Source of the DNA: an uncultured Acidobacteriota bacterium
Lineage (GTDB): Bacteria > Acidobacteriota > Thermoanaerobaculia > UBA5066 > DATFVB01
Reading direction: 5' to 3'
Assembly (NCBI GenBank): GCA_963813155.1
Contig: CAWEYG010000001.1
Location: 96,001 to 160,000, forward strand
DNA length: 64,000 nt
The notes under the pieces: generated by a model
Databases searched by the model: none
Seen by the model: only the letters and a program-made list of their open reading frames with translations
What the model was told of the DNA's origin: nothing
Program-made: the position numbers and the translations under genes
Shown here: in pieces, positions 51,987-61,051 of the stretch
Layout of the letters: the number at the start of each line of letters is the position of its first letter
Position numbering within the stretch: position 1 is the stretch's first letter

Positions 51987-54506
51987 TCATCTCAATCCCG
52001 TCACCAGATAGAGCTCCGAGGCGGAATGAAATCGGGCGTACGCGCAGAAACGACCGTCGGGCGTCAGCTGGACGCTGTCGCTGACCACGGCGCCGCCCTC
52101 CGCCGTGTCGACGAGCTGCATCCAGGGCCCCTTGCGGCCGCTGACGACGTCGAACCGAACGATCTTCGTTCCCTTCACGAGAAAGAGGAATCGTCCAGTC
52201 GAGTCCCACCCCATGGGATTCTCGTCTTCGTCGATCCCCGGAATCGACCGCGCGGCGCCGGTGCCGTCCACCGGGAACAGGTTGAGGACGTGCGGCGGCA
52301 TCCAGGCGGCGACGTGTCTGCCATCCGGAGGAATGCGGGACGCCAGGCCGCCGCCCTCGGGGCTCACGGCGATCGGGGCTCCACCGGAGATCGGCAGCAC
52401 ATAAAGCCGCAGACGTTCCCCCTTCTGCCTTCCCGAGACGACGAGCCGCTTGCCGTCGGGAAGGAAGAGGGCGTACTGGCACATGATGCCGCCCGTATCC
52501 AGGGATTTCGGCTCGCCGGGACCGGTCGGAAGCAGCAGGACGTGGTCGGGAGATATCACCGGGAGAGCGAGCGCCCACTTTCCGTCGGGGGAAAGGTCCT
52601 GGGCGATACCCTCGCCGAGGCGGATGGCCGGCGAGATGCCGTCGGTCGGGCGGATATACACGACGTCGTCCTCGTCGAGGAGCATGATCTTTCCGTCCGG
52701 GGAGAGGGCTTTCGGCATCGAGAAACCGTACCAGGAGAGGTCCCGGGGAGGACCACTGCCGGAAGACTGAAAGATCGCCGAGATGCGGGCGTCCCAGCGC
52801 GCGAGCAGGACGCGCCCGTCCGGCGCGATGTCTTTCACGACGAGGATTCCGGGAGCGCTCGCGACGAGACGCTGCCGGCCGGAGAGAGAGACCGCGTGGA
52901 GCGCCAGGACGCCCGATTTCGGGCCTTCCCGGGCCGTGAACCAGATTTCGTTCCGGACCGGATTCCAGGCCATGCCGATCAGATCGCTCCAGCCGCCGCT
53001 CAGGACCCGCTTGTGGCCAGCCAGGTCGACAACGCACGCGGATGCCGAGCCCGCGCGATCCTCTCGAAAGGCTATGCGATCCCCTCCGGGCAAGAAATGA
53101 ATTTCGTCGACCCGGGCTCCCGGACCGGCGTCATAGAGAACCCTTCCCACCGGAAATTCGATCTTGCCGCCCCGCGAGATCGCGAGCCTCTCGGTGCCGG
53201 GCTGATAGTCCGCGAAAGTCACCTTCTCCGCGATCAGCCGGGGGGCGCCGGCCGCGAGCGACGTCTCCGCCAACGTGTCGGCGTCGGGTCCGATCCCGAT
53301 CGCGACTTTTCCCGAAGGAGAGATCGAGAAGAGCATCGCGGGAGGAAGGGCGAGCGGTGTCGAATCCCTGTCGTTCGTACGCGTCAGGTAGACTTTCGAG
53401 TCTTTTCCGTCCCATGAGGCGCTGTAGAGAATGGTCTGTCCGTCGGGGGCGAATTTGGCGCGGACCACGTCTCCACGGCGAAAAGTGAGCTGCTGATAGA
53501 AGGGAGGCGGCGGCGCGGGGCGAAGAGCGAAGAAGAGCGCCGCAGCCGTCGCGAGGACGGCGACTCCCGCCGTTATCTTGAAGGGCAGGGTCCCGCGCGA
53601 TCGGGCCGGCATCGTTCCAGCCGACGCGGATATCGGTCCCGTTCCCAGGGAAGCCGCTCGAAAGCGGCCGAGATCGTGGGCAAGGTCGCGAGTCGCGGCG
53701 TATCGCTCTCCCGGCTCCTTGGAGAGACAGCGCTCGACGACCCAGACGACCGGCGCGGGCGTCTTCGGGGCGGCCTGCGACAGGGGTTCGGGCTCCTCCC
53801 GGAGGATTGCCGTCATCGTTTCCGCTGCGGTCGTGCGCCGGAAGGGCGAGCGGCCGGCGAGGAGCTCGTAGAGAATCGAACCGAACGCGAACTGGTCCGA
53901 GCGGAAATCCACGACGCGCCCGCTTGCCTGCTCCGGCGACATGTAGCCCACGGTCCCCATGACGACGCCGGCAGAGGTCTGGCGCCCGTCGGAGGTCGGA
54001 AGCTGCGAAATTCCGGGTCCGCTCGATTCGGTCAGCTTCGCGAGACCGAAGTCGGCGATCTTCGCCAATCCGGACCGAGTCAGCAGGATGTTCTCCGGCT
54101 TCAGGTCCCGGTGGACGATTCCCTTCTCGTGCGCAGCCGCGAGCCCCGACGCGATCTGCTCCGCAAGGTCGAGGGCCTTTCGAATGGGGAGAGCTCCGCC
54201 GTCGACGGTGCGCCGCAGGTCCGATCCGTCGACGAGCTCGCATGCGAAATAGTGCAGCCCGCTCTCCGTGCCGACGTCGAAAACCGTGACGATATGAGGA
54301 TCGGAGAGCGCGGAAGCGGCCCGGGCTTCTCCTTCAAAGCGTCGCAGACGTTCCGGGTCTCTCGCGAACTCTTCCGGCAGGACCTTGACGGCCACCTCGC
54401 GTCCGAGCCGGGTGTCCCGGGCTCTGTAGACTTCTCCCATTCCCCCGGCGCCGAGCGGGGCGAGGATCTCGTAGGGGCCGAGGCGAGTGCCGGCCGAGAG
54501 GGACAT
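51987..54506 (-). CDS. Ser/Thr protein kinase with TM segment and beta-propeller
   Basis: Same kinase motifs; QLTFRRG..AKFAPDG..I.YSASW propeller start. Confidence 0.94.
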   Translation of the reverse strand: MSLSAGTRLGPYEILAPLGAGGMGEVYRARDTRLGREVAVKVLPEEFARDPERLRRFEGEARAASALSDPHIVTVFDVGTESGLHYFACELVDGSDLRRTVDGGALPIRKALDLAEQIASGLAAAHEKGIVHRDLKPENILLTRSGLAKIADFGLAKLTESSGPGISQLPTSDGRQTSAGVVMGTVGYMSPEQASGRVVDFRSDQFAFGSILYELLAGRSPFRRTTAAETMTAILREEPEPLSQAAPKTPAPVVWVVERCLSKEPGERYAATRDLAHDLGRFRAASLGTGPISASAGTMPARSRGTLPFKITAGVAVLATAAALFFALRPAPPPPFYQQLTFRRGDVVRAKFAPDGQTILYSASWDGKDSKVYLTRTNDRDSTPLALPPAMLFSISPSGKVAIGIGPDADTLAETSLAAGAPRLIAEKVTFADYQPGTERLAISRGGKIEFPVGRVLYDAGPGARVDEIHFLPGGDRIAFREDRAGSASACVVDLAGHKRVLSGGWSDLIGMAWNPVRNEIWFTAREGPKSGVLALHAVSLSGRQRLVASAPGILVVKDIAPDGRVLLARWDARISAIFQSSGSGPPRDLSWYGFSMPKALSPDGKIMLLDEDDVVYIRPTDGISPAIRLGEGIAQDLSPDGKWALALPVISPDHVLLLPTGPGEPKSLDTGGIMCQYALFLPDGKRLVVSGRQKGERLRLYVLPISGGAPIAVSPEGGGLASRIPPDGRHVAAWMPPHVLNLFPVDGTGAARSIPGIDEDENPMGWDSTGRFLFLVKGTKIVRFDVVSGRKGPWMQLVDTAEGGAVVSDSVQLTPDGRFCAYARFHSASELYLVTGLR

Positions 54507-54533
54507 TCTCCCGAAATGATAGAGGAGACGCCG

Positions 54534-55505
54534 TCAGGACGCGAAGTAGAGATCGAGCGTGAAGCGAGCCTGGGGGTCGAGGAAACGCCGCCGCAGGGAG
54601 AATCCCTCCACTTCGACCATTTCGCAGAGCCTCTCCGGAGAGTATTTGTAGGAGCTTTCGGTCCAGATCGATTCTCCCGCCTCGAAGCGGATCTCGCACT
54701 CCGCGCCGGGAATCGCGATCCGCTGCGCCCGCCGGCTCACGAGGTGCATCTCGACCCGGGACTCCTCCGGGTTGAACACGGCCCGATGGTCAAACGACTC
54801 GAGGTCGAAATTGCCGCCGAGCTCGCGGTTGATGCGAACGAGCAGATTCTTGTTGAACGCCGCGGTGACGCCGAGCGGGTCGTCGTAGGCGAGGAGCAGG
54901 TCGGCGTCGGGCTTCACGAGATCCGCTCCGAGCAGCAGCGCGTCTCCCGGCCCGAGGGCCTTGCGAATGGAAGAGAGAAACGTCCGCGCGGCCGCGGTGT
55001 CGAAATTGCCGAGGTTCGAGCCGAGGAAGAGAACCAGCAGGCGCCCGCTCCCGGTTCGGGCCGCGGCGACCCGTCGCAGCCCTTCCTCGTACGTCGCCCG
55101 GTGGCCGACGACGGAGATCCCCTCGTACCGGCCGAGACGGTTCTCGGTCTGTTCGAGCGCGGTCTGCGAGATGTCGATGAGATGCGTCATCAGCGTCCGC
55201 CGTCCGCGAACGAACGCGGACGCCAGAATCGCGGTTTTTTCCCCGTCGCCGGGGCCGAGCTCCGTCAGCGTCAGCGGGTCCCCCATTTCCGACGAGATCT
55301 CTCCCGCGTGCCGCGACAGGAGCGAGAGCTCCGCGCGAGTGATCGGATACCACGGGAGCCGGCAGATCGCTTCGAAGAGCCGGCTGCCGAGCGCGTCGTA
55401 GAGGTACTTCGACTGGAGCTGCTTCGGCGAGAGGCCGAGATCCCGCGCCACGTCCTTTCCGAATGCGCTGCCCGCGATGGACGTCGATTCTCCCTGCGCG
55501 GTCAA
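54534..55505 (-). CDS. egtD: L-histidine N-alpha-methyltransferase
   Basis: KQLQSKYLYDALGSRLFEAI..LPWYPITRAE, ELGPG, FLGSNLGN, AYDDPLGVTAAFNKN, IWTESSYKY. The TTG overlaps the egtB TGA. Confidence 0.93.
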   Translation of the reverse strand: MTAQGESTSIAGSAFGKDVARDLGLSPKQLQSKYLYDALGSRLFEAICRLPWYPITRAELSLLSRHAGEISSEMGDPLTLTELGPGDGEKTAILASAFVRGRRTLMTHLIDISQTALEQTENRLGRYEGISVVGHRATYEEGLRRVAAARTGSGRLLVLFLGSNLGNFDTAAARTFLSSIRKALGPGDALLLGADLVKPDADLLLAYDDPLGVTAAFNKNLLVRINRELGGNFDLESFDHRAVFNPEESRVEMHLVSRRAQRIAIPGAECEIRFEAGESIWTESSYKYSPERLCEMVEVEGFSLRRRFLDPQARFTLDLYFAS

Positions 55506-56827
55506 CCGGCGTCCTGCGCGCACCGGAACGTCGCATACGGATACGGGTAGTGCTCCTGGAACCAGTTGCGGAACGTCCGGCGCAGGAATTCGGGCGAAGT
55601 CGCCGGAGAGCCCCCTTTCATGACGAAGTGGCGGCCGTCGAAGAAGTCCGCGGAATAGCCGGGATAGAGCGGGCTCGGCGAGAAGCCGGGGAAACCGGCG
55701 AAGACCGAGCTCGTCCATTCCCACCCGTTGCCGACGAGGTCGTCGACTCCCCAGAAGCTCGCCCCGGCCGGAAACGAGCCGACGGGCACGGGATCGCAGC
55801 GGAACAGGTCGAAGTTGCCTCGCGTCCCGTCGGGAGGTTCCTCGCCCCACGGAAAGGCGCGCTCGTTCTCGTCGGCCGTTCCATACGCGGCGCGATGGTA
55901 TTCCGCCTCGGTCGGCAGGCGCCTGCTCCGCCACTTTGCAAACGCGCGCGCCTCCGCGAGGCTCGCGTAGACGGGCCAGGACATCGGCAGCTCGACGTGT
56001 TCGAACATCGCTCGCAAGATCCACCGACGGCCGTCGCGGCTCCAGAAGAGCGGGTGCTCGATGCGGTTCCGCGATCTCCACTCCCAGTCTTCAGGATTCC
56101 AGAGCGACTCGCTTCGATATCCCCCCGCTTCCACGAACTCCAGGTATTCCCCGTTCGTAACGTCGTAGCGGTCGATCTCGAAAGCGGGAACGTCCATGGC
56201 GAGCCGCGGAAACTCGTTGTCCCAGCCGAACGGAATTTCGCCCCGAAGAGCTCCGAGCGTCGCGCGCCCCGCGGGGACGCGGACGGTCTCCGCGCGCGGC
56301 GCGATCCCGTACACCGGGCGCGGCGCCCGGTCCGGAGGAGTTTTCTTCGCCGGATCGAGCAGGTGAAAGATGTACAGGAGAGTTTCCTGGTGCATCGCCT
56401 CGTGCTCGAGACAGATCGCCGCCGCCTCCCGGGCGCGCTCTTCGTCCGGAACGTCGCCCGCGTCGATCGCCTCGAACGCGGCGCCGAGTCTCGACGCCGC
56501 TTCGCGAACGTACTGTTCGATCTCGTCTCGCGGCGGCCAGCGGGAGATCGCGACCTTCTCGGCCGCATCCCGATCCGAGGGGTCGATGCCTCGCTCGAAC
56601 AGGGTCTCGAAGTCCTCCCGGATGCCGGGCCACCCGAGAGCCCTCTTCAAGAGGGTGTTGATGGAGAACGCGGCGAGGTGGCCGCGGTAGAAAACAATCG
56701 GATGGCGCAGGGGAAGCGGACGCTCGAAGAAGGCCCCGTCGCGGAGGAAGCCGAAATACTGATCGGTGCGCGCCCGCACCGCAGAGAACCGGGACAGAAG
56801 AGTGCCTCGGGCAACCGTCGAGCTCAT
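55502..56827 (-). CDS. egtB: Sulfoxide synthase, EgtB/OvoA family (DinB_2 + FGE-like domain)
   Basis: His triad GHL...EHEAMHQE, FGWDNE, RLPTEAEYH, GNGWEWT, GYSADFFD; coupled to egtD. Confidence 0.82.
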   Translation of the reverse strand: MSSTVARGTLLSRFSAVRARTDQYFGFLRDGAFFERPLPLRHPIVFYRGHLAAFSINTLLKRALGWPGIREDFETLFERGIDPSDRDAAEKVAISRWPPRDEIEQYVREAASRLGAAFEAIDAGDVPDEERAREAAAICLEHEAMHQETLLYIFHLLDPAKKTPPDRAPRPVYGIAPRAETVRVPAGRATLGALRGEIPFGWDNEFPRLAMDVPAFEIDRYDVTNGEYLEFVEAGGYRSESLWNPEDWEWRSRNRIEHPLFWSRDGRRWILRAMFEHVELPMSWPVYASLAEARAFAKWRSRRLPTEAEYHRAAYGTADENERAFPWGEEPPDGTRGNFDLFRCDPVPVGSFPAGASFWGVDDLVGNGWEWTSSVFAGFPGFSPSPLYPGYSADFFDGRHFVMKGGSPATSPEFLRRTFRNWFQEHYPYPYATFRCAQDAG

Positions 56828-56898
56828 GGCCTCCTCCTCCCGGGCATTCTATGTCCTGTCCTTTGTCTTTTGCGGTTCGATCGGGCAGACTCCGGCAG

Positions 56899-58074
56899 AT
56901 GACGCTTCGCCTCTCAACCGCCGGGGAATCCCACGGGCCCGCCCTGACCGCGATTCTTACCGGTTTGCCGGCGGGTCTCGCTCTCGACGCGAACTTCCTC
57001 GCCGCCGAAATGCGGCGGCGGCAAAAAGGCTACGGGCGCGGGGGACGCATGAAGATCGAATCCGACCGCGTCGAGATCACCGGAGGCGCGCGGGGAGGAA
57101 GAACGCTCGGCTCCCCGGTTTCGTTTCGCATCGAAAACCTGGACTTCGCGAACTGGAAGCCGGTCATGGACCCCTGGGCCGTCGACCCCGAGGCGGCGGC
57201 GTCCCGGCGCGTGACGAGGCCGCGCCCGGGCCACGCGGACCTCGCGGGAGGAGAGAAGTACGGGTTCGAGGACCTTCGCGACGTGCTGGAACGGGCTTCC
57301 GCGCGGGAGAGCGCGGCTCGGGTCGCGGCGGGCGCCGTCTGCAAGATGCTGCTGAGCGAGTGCGGCATCGAGGTCCGAAGCGGCGTGCTGTCGGTCGGAG
57401 CCGTTTTTTCGGCGTCCGAACGGTCGTTCGATTCCCTCTGGAAAGTCGACGACGACTCTCCCCTGCGGGCCCTCGACCCGGTCGCGGAAAAGGAGATGGT
57501 CCGAGCCGTCGACGAGGCGAAGGCGAAGGGGGAAACGCTCGGGGGATCGATCCTCGTCGGGGCGCGAAACGTCCCGGCGGGCCTCGGCTCTTACGTGAGC
57601 TGGGACCGCAAGCTCGACGGGCGGATCGCCCAGGCGATCCTTTCAGTTCCGGCCGTGAAGGCCGTCGAGTTCGGGGGCGCCATCGAGGCGTCCCAGCACT
57701 TCGGCTCGGAAGCCCACGACGAAATCGCTCCCGGCGGCCGCCGGAAAACGAACCGCGCGGGCGGCCTCGAGGGGGGCGTTACGAACGGCGAGGACGTCAC
57801 GCTCGTCGCGTTCATGAAGCCGATTTCGACGCTCGCCCGAGGCCTCGCGTCGATCGACCTCGAGACGGGAAAACCGGCGACCTCCGCCTACGAGCGCAGC
57901 GACGTGACCGCCGTGCCCGCATGCGGCGTCATCTGCGAGGCGATGCTGGCGTTCGTTCTCGCCGACGCACTGCTCGAAGTGACCGGGGGCGACCGGATCG
58001 AGGACGTGAAACGACGCCTCGAGGATCACCGAAAGCGCGTCGACGCGTTTGCCCGGAGGCCGGGCTCGTCTTAG
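56899..58074 (+). CDS. aroC: Chorismate synthase
   Basis: TAGESHGP, RPRPGHAD, ERASARE, TNRAGGLEGG.TNGE, MKPISTL, ERSD. Confidence 0.97.
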   Translation: MTLRLSTAGESHGPALTAILTGLPAGLALDANFLAAEMRRRQKGYGRGGRMKIESDRVEITGGARGGRTLGSPVSFRIENLDFANWKPVMDPWAVDPEAAASRRVTRPRPGHADLAGGEKYGFEDLRDVLERASARESAARVAAGAVCKMLLSECGIEVRSGVLSVGAVFSASERSFDSLWKVDDDSPLRALDPVAEKEMVRAVDEAKAKGETLGGSILVGARNVPAGLGSYVSWDRKLDGRIAQAILSVPAVKAVEFGGAIEASQHFGSEAHDEIAPGGRRKTNRAGGLEGGVTNGEDVTLVAFMKPISTLARGLASIDLETGKPATSAYERSDVTAVPACGVICEAMLAFVLADALLEVTGGDRIEDVKRRLEDHRKRVDAFARRPGSS

Positions 58075-58080
58075 TCCGCC

Positions 58081-59772
58081 CTAGGGACAGACTTGCGCCG
58101 TGTCGACCTCCTCGGGAGTGGTCGTTCGCCGGTCGGTCCACAACGGCGAGGCGCAGCTGAGATACGCGGCGAGCCCTTCGTAATCGCCGTATTGGTCCGG
58201 GCTCGCTCCCGCCGTCGTTTCGTCGCTCATCGCAGACGTCACGCGCACCTCGGGAATGAAGGTCGCGCCCCCGTCGAACGACTTCGTGTAATAGATGTCC
58301 GTCTTCTTCCGGTTCGGGTCGTTGCGCGTGTCGCGCCACATGACGTGAATCGTCCCGTCGGTGTCGTCCACGTGCATCCACTGGTTGAAGTGATCGACGC
58401 GGGGAAGGCTCGAGTTGACCTTGACGGGGGACGACCAGGTCGTGCCGCCGTCGGTCGATCGGGAGAACCAGACATTGGCCGTGTTCGTGCTGGTCGCGAG
58501 GACGCAGCCGCTCGACTGCGAAGCCGAAAAGTCGTTCCAGACCGCATACACCCAACCGCGGCGCGGGCTCGTGCTGCGGTCGACGTCGATCGAAGGATAG
58601 ATGAGCGCCCGGCGGTTGCACTGCGCGGGAATGCCGTAGTCGTAGCTGTCGACGGTCGACGCGATGGTTCGGTAGGGGCTCCAGGTCGAGCCGCAGTTGG
58701 TGGACTTCGAGACGTTGATCGTTTTCTGCGCCGTGCTCGTCCAGGCCGTGTACACGGGGGCAGCCGCTCCGGGGGAAGCCGGCGGACCGACGGCCAGATC
58801 GCAGGCGAGCGTGGAGCCTTTCGTCTGAACGGCCGTCTTCGGCCGGAAGACGCCGGAGTTGGGAGCCGTCGTGCTGGAGACGTACTGGGCCTTGCCGTTG
58901 TCCCACCCGACGTAAATCTGGTCACGACAGGCACTGTCGGTCTGATAGTCGATCGTGGCGAGCTCCTTGTCGTTTCCCGCCGCGTCGTCGACGATGATCT
59001 GCGTCGGCCAGGTCGCTCCGTGGTCGGTCGACCTGTAGAGCTTTACGGCGGTCACGCTGGACGTGTAGTCGAGAGTCGCCGAATACACGTTCCCGTTCGA
59101 ATCGAAATTCACTCCGGGATCGGAATGGTTCGTGCGGGTCGGGATGAGCTCGACTTTCGACCAGGTCGACCCGTAATCCGACGAGTGGTACGTCATCTGC
59201 CCCCGGCCCGAAAGGTTGATGTTGGAGGCCCCGACGAGGTATTGGGGATGGTGCGGATCGATCGCGATGTAGGTCTCCGACTCCGGAATCGCATCGTTGC
59301 TCGCATCGACGTTGGGATGGACGGTGACCGTGGAGGAAATCGTCGCGAGCGAAGATTCGAAGGACGCCGCTTCCGCCGCACCCGTTCCGCCCGAACCGCA
59401 CGATTTTTTCCCCTCGCGGTCGAGCTCGTTCATGTAGCTGTAAGCCCAGCGCGGGTACTGGAGCGGCCCGCTCTTCGGGTAGTTCAGCTCGGAAGCCAGG
59501 CGGCGAAACTCCTGGCGCTGGCGAACGGTCAGATTCGTCGCATCGTCGAAATCGTTCTGCGGCAGGCCGTAAAGTCGCCCGTCGACCCTCTGGCCTCCGT
59601 GGTGTCTCGCCAGGATGTCGTCGAGGACAACGCGCTCCGCCGAAATCCGGCTCTCGACGGATTCGAGACAGGGGCCCGCTTCGGGAGAGGCGAGCGGCTG
59701 TGACCAGGTCACCGGAGCGAAACAAAACGCGAGCGCGACCACAAAAAGGAGACGGTACAGGAATCGCCTCAT
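58081..59772 (-). CDS. Secreted BNR/Asp-box (sialidase-like) beta-propeller protein
   Basis: Signal peptide; Asp boxes SSDYGSTW, STDHGATW, STNCGSTW, STDGGTTW, SFDGGATF; C-terminal YGDYEGL...WTDRR. Confidence 0.85.
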   Translation of the reverse strand: MRRFLYRLLFVVALAFCFAPVTWSQPLASPEAGPCLESVESRISAERVVLDDILARHHGGQRVDGRLYGLPQNDFDDATNLTVRQRQEFRRLASELNYPKSGPLQYPRWAYSYMNELDREGKKSCGSGGTGAAEAASFESSLATISSTVTVHPNVDASNDAIPESETYIAIDPHHPQYLVGASNINLSGRGQMTYHSSDYGSTWSKVELIPTRTNHSDPGVNFDSNGNVYSATLDYTSSVTAVKLYRSTDHGATWPTQIIVDDAAGNDKELATIDYQTDSACRDQIYVGWDNGKAQYVSSTTAPNSGVFRPKTAVQTKGSTLACDLAVGPPASPGAAAPVYTAWTSTAQKTINVSKSTNCGSTWSPYRTIASTVDSYDYGIPAQCNRRALIYPSIDVDRSTSPRRGWVYAVWNDFSASQSSGCVLATSTNTANVWFSRSTDGGTTWSSPVKVNSSLPRVDHFNQWMHVDDTDGTIHVMWRDTRNDPNRKKTDIYYTKSFDGGATFIPEVRVTSAMSDETTAGASPDQYGDYEGLAAYLSCASPLWTDRRTTTPEEVDTAQVCP

Positions 59773-59818
59773 GGAAATCCTCCTCCCAAACCCACCAGAA
59801 GACTGCGGCTTTTCATGG

Positions 59819-59847
59819 AGTGTAATGGGAGCGCGTTTTTTCGTCAA
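59819..59847 (-). promoter_or_regulatory. Sigma-70 promoter for the BNR protein
   Basis: Minus strand TTGACG-N17-TACACT. Confidence 0.65.
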
Positions 59848-59910
59848 CCGATCGGGAAACGGACGAACACGGGTGGCCACGCGGCGAGCCGTTGATAGAC
59901 TCTCCGCCGC

Positions 59911-61041
59911 ATGTTTGATTTTTCGAAAGATAGACTCGACCGGGAATTCCCCGTTCGCAAGAACTTCGTCTACCTGAACCACGCGGCCCTCGCACCGCTG
60001 CCGGCCCGCGTCGCGAAGGCGATCGTCGACCACACCGCCGACGTGTCGAACTTCGGCGTTCGGAACTGGAAGAAGTGGTACCGGCAGTACGACGAGACGC
60101 GCGAGAAGGCGGCGCGGTTCATCGGCGCAAACCCGGACCAGATCGCGTTTCTGCCCTCGACGTCGCACGCTCTCAACCTCGTGGCAACCGGGATCTCCTG
60201 GCGAACGGGGGACACCGTGCTCGGGGACGACCTCGAATTCACCGCGAACGTCTATCCGTGGATGAACCTGACGGAAAAGGGGGTCGAATACCGGATCCTC
60301 CAGAGCCGGGACGGCGTCATCACCGCCCAGAGCTTCCTCGAGAGGATCGATCCGACGACGCGCGTCCTCGCCGTCTCCTGGGTCTCGTTCCACAGCGGCT
60401 TCGTGTATCCGCTCGAGGAGCTCGGGAAGATCTGCGAGGAGCGCAACATCCTGTTCGTCGTCGATGCGATCCAGGGGCTCGGCACGATGCCGATCGACGT
60501 GAAGGCCCTTCGAATCGACGTCCTCGCGGCCGACGCGCACAAGTTCCTGTACGGTCCGGAAGCGTGCGCGACCTTCTACTTTTCCGAGAAGGCGAAGCGC
60601 CGCATCGGAACGCCCTGGGCCGGCTGGTGGAACGTGCCGTGGCGCGAGTCGCAACTGGAGTATCGGACGACCTTCTTCGAAGGCGGTCGGCGGTTCGAGC
60701 CCGGATCGCTTCCCACGGCGCAGATCTTCGGCCTCGCGGCGTCTCTCGACCTCTTGACGGAAATCGGAATGGAGGCGGCGCAGGAGCGGATCGGCCTCCT
60801 CACCGGCCGCCTGCGCGCCGGATTGACGGACCTCGGATGGACGATCAGGACTCCCGACGGCTCGCGATCCGCGATTCTCTCCGCCGTCCCGCCGGGCGGG
60901 AACGCGCGCGACGCGGTCGCGAAGCTCGAAAAAGACGGAATCATCGCGGCTCCCCGCGAAGGCGCCGTGCGACTCTCACCGCACGTCGGAAACGACCTGG
61001 AAGAGATCGAAAGGGTTCTGGAGGCGATACGAAGGTGGTAG
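59911..61041 (+). CDS. Class V PLP-dependent enzyme (cysteine desulfurase/C-S lyase-like)
   Basis: VYLNHAA, VDAIQGLG, AADAHKFLYGP (PLP Lys), RFEPGS, VRLSPH. Confidence 0.88.
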   Translation: MFDFSKDRLDREFPVRKNFVYLNHAALAPLPARVAKAIVDHTADVSNFGVRNWKKWYRQYDETREKAARFIGANPDQIAFLPSTSHALNLVATGISWRTGDTVLGDDLEFTANVYPWMNLTEKGVEYRILQSRDGVITAQSFLERIDPTTRVLAVSWVSFHSGFVYPLEELGKICEERNILFVVDAIQGLGTMPIDVKALRIDVLAADAHKFLYGPEACATFYFSEKAKRRIGTPWAGWWNVPWRESQLEYRTTFFEGGRRFEPGSLPTAQIFGLAASLDLLTEIGMEAAQERIGLLTGRLRAGLTDLGWTIRTPDGSRSAILSAVPPGGNARDAVAKLEKDGIIAAPREGAVRLSPHVGNDLEEIERVLEAIRRW

Positions 61042-61051
61042 AACGCCGCTG

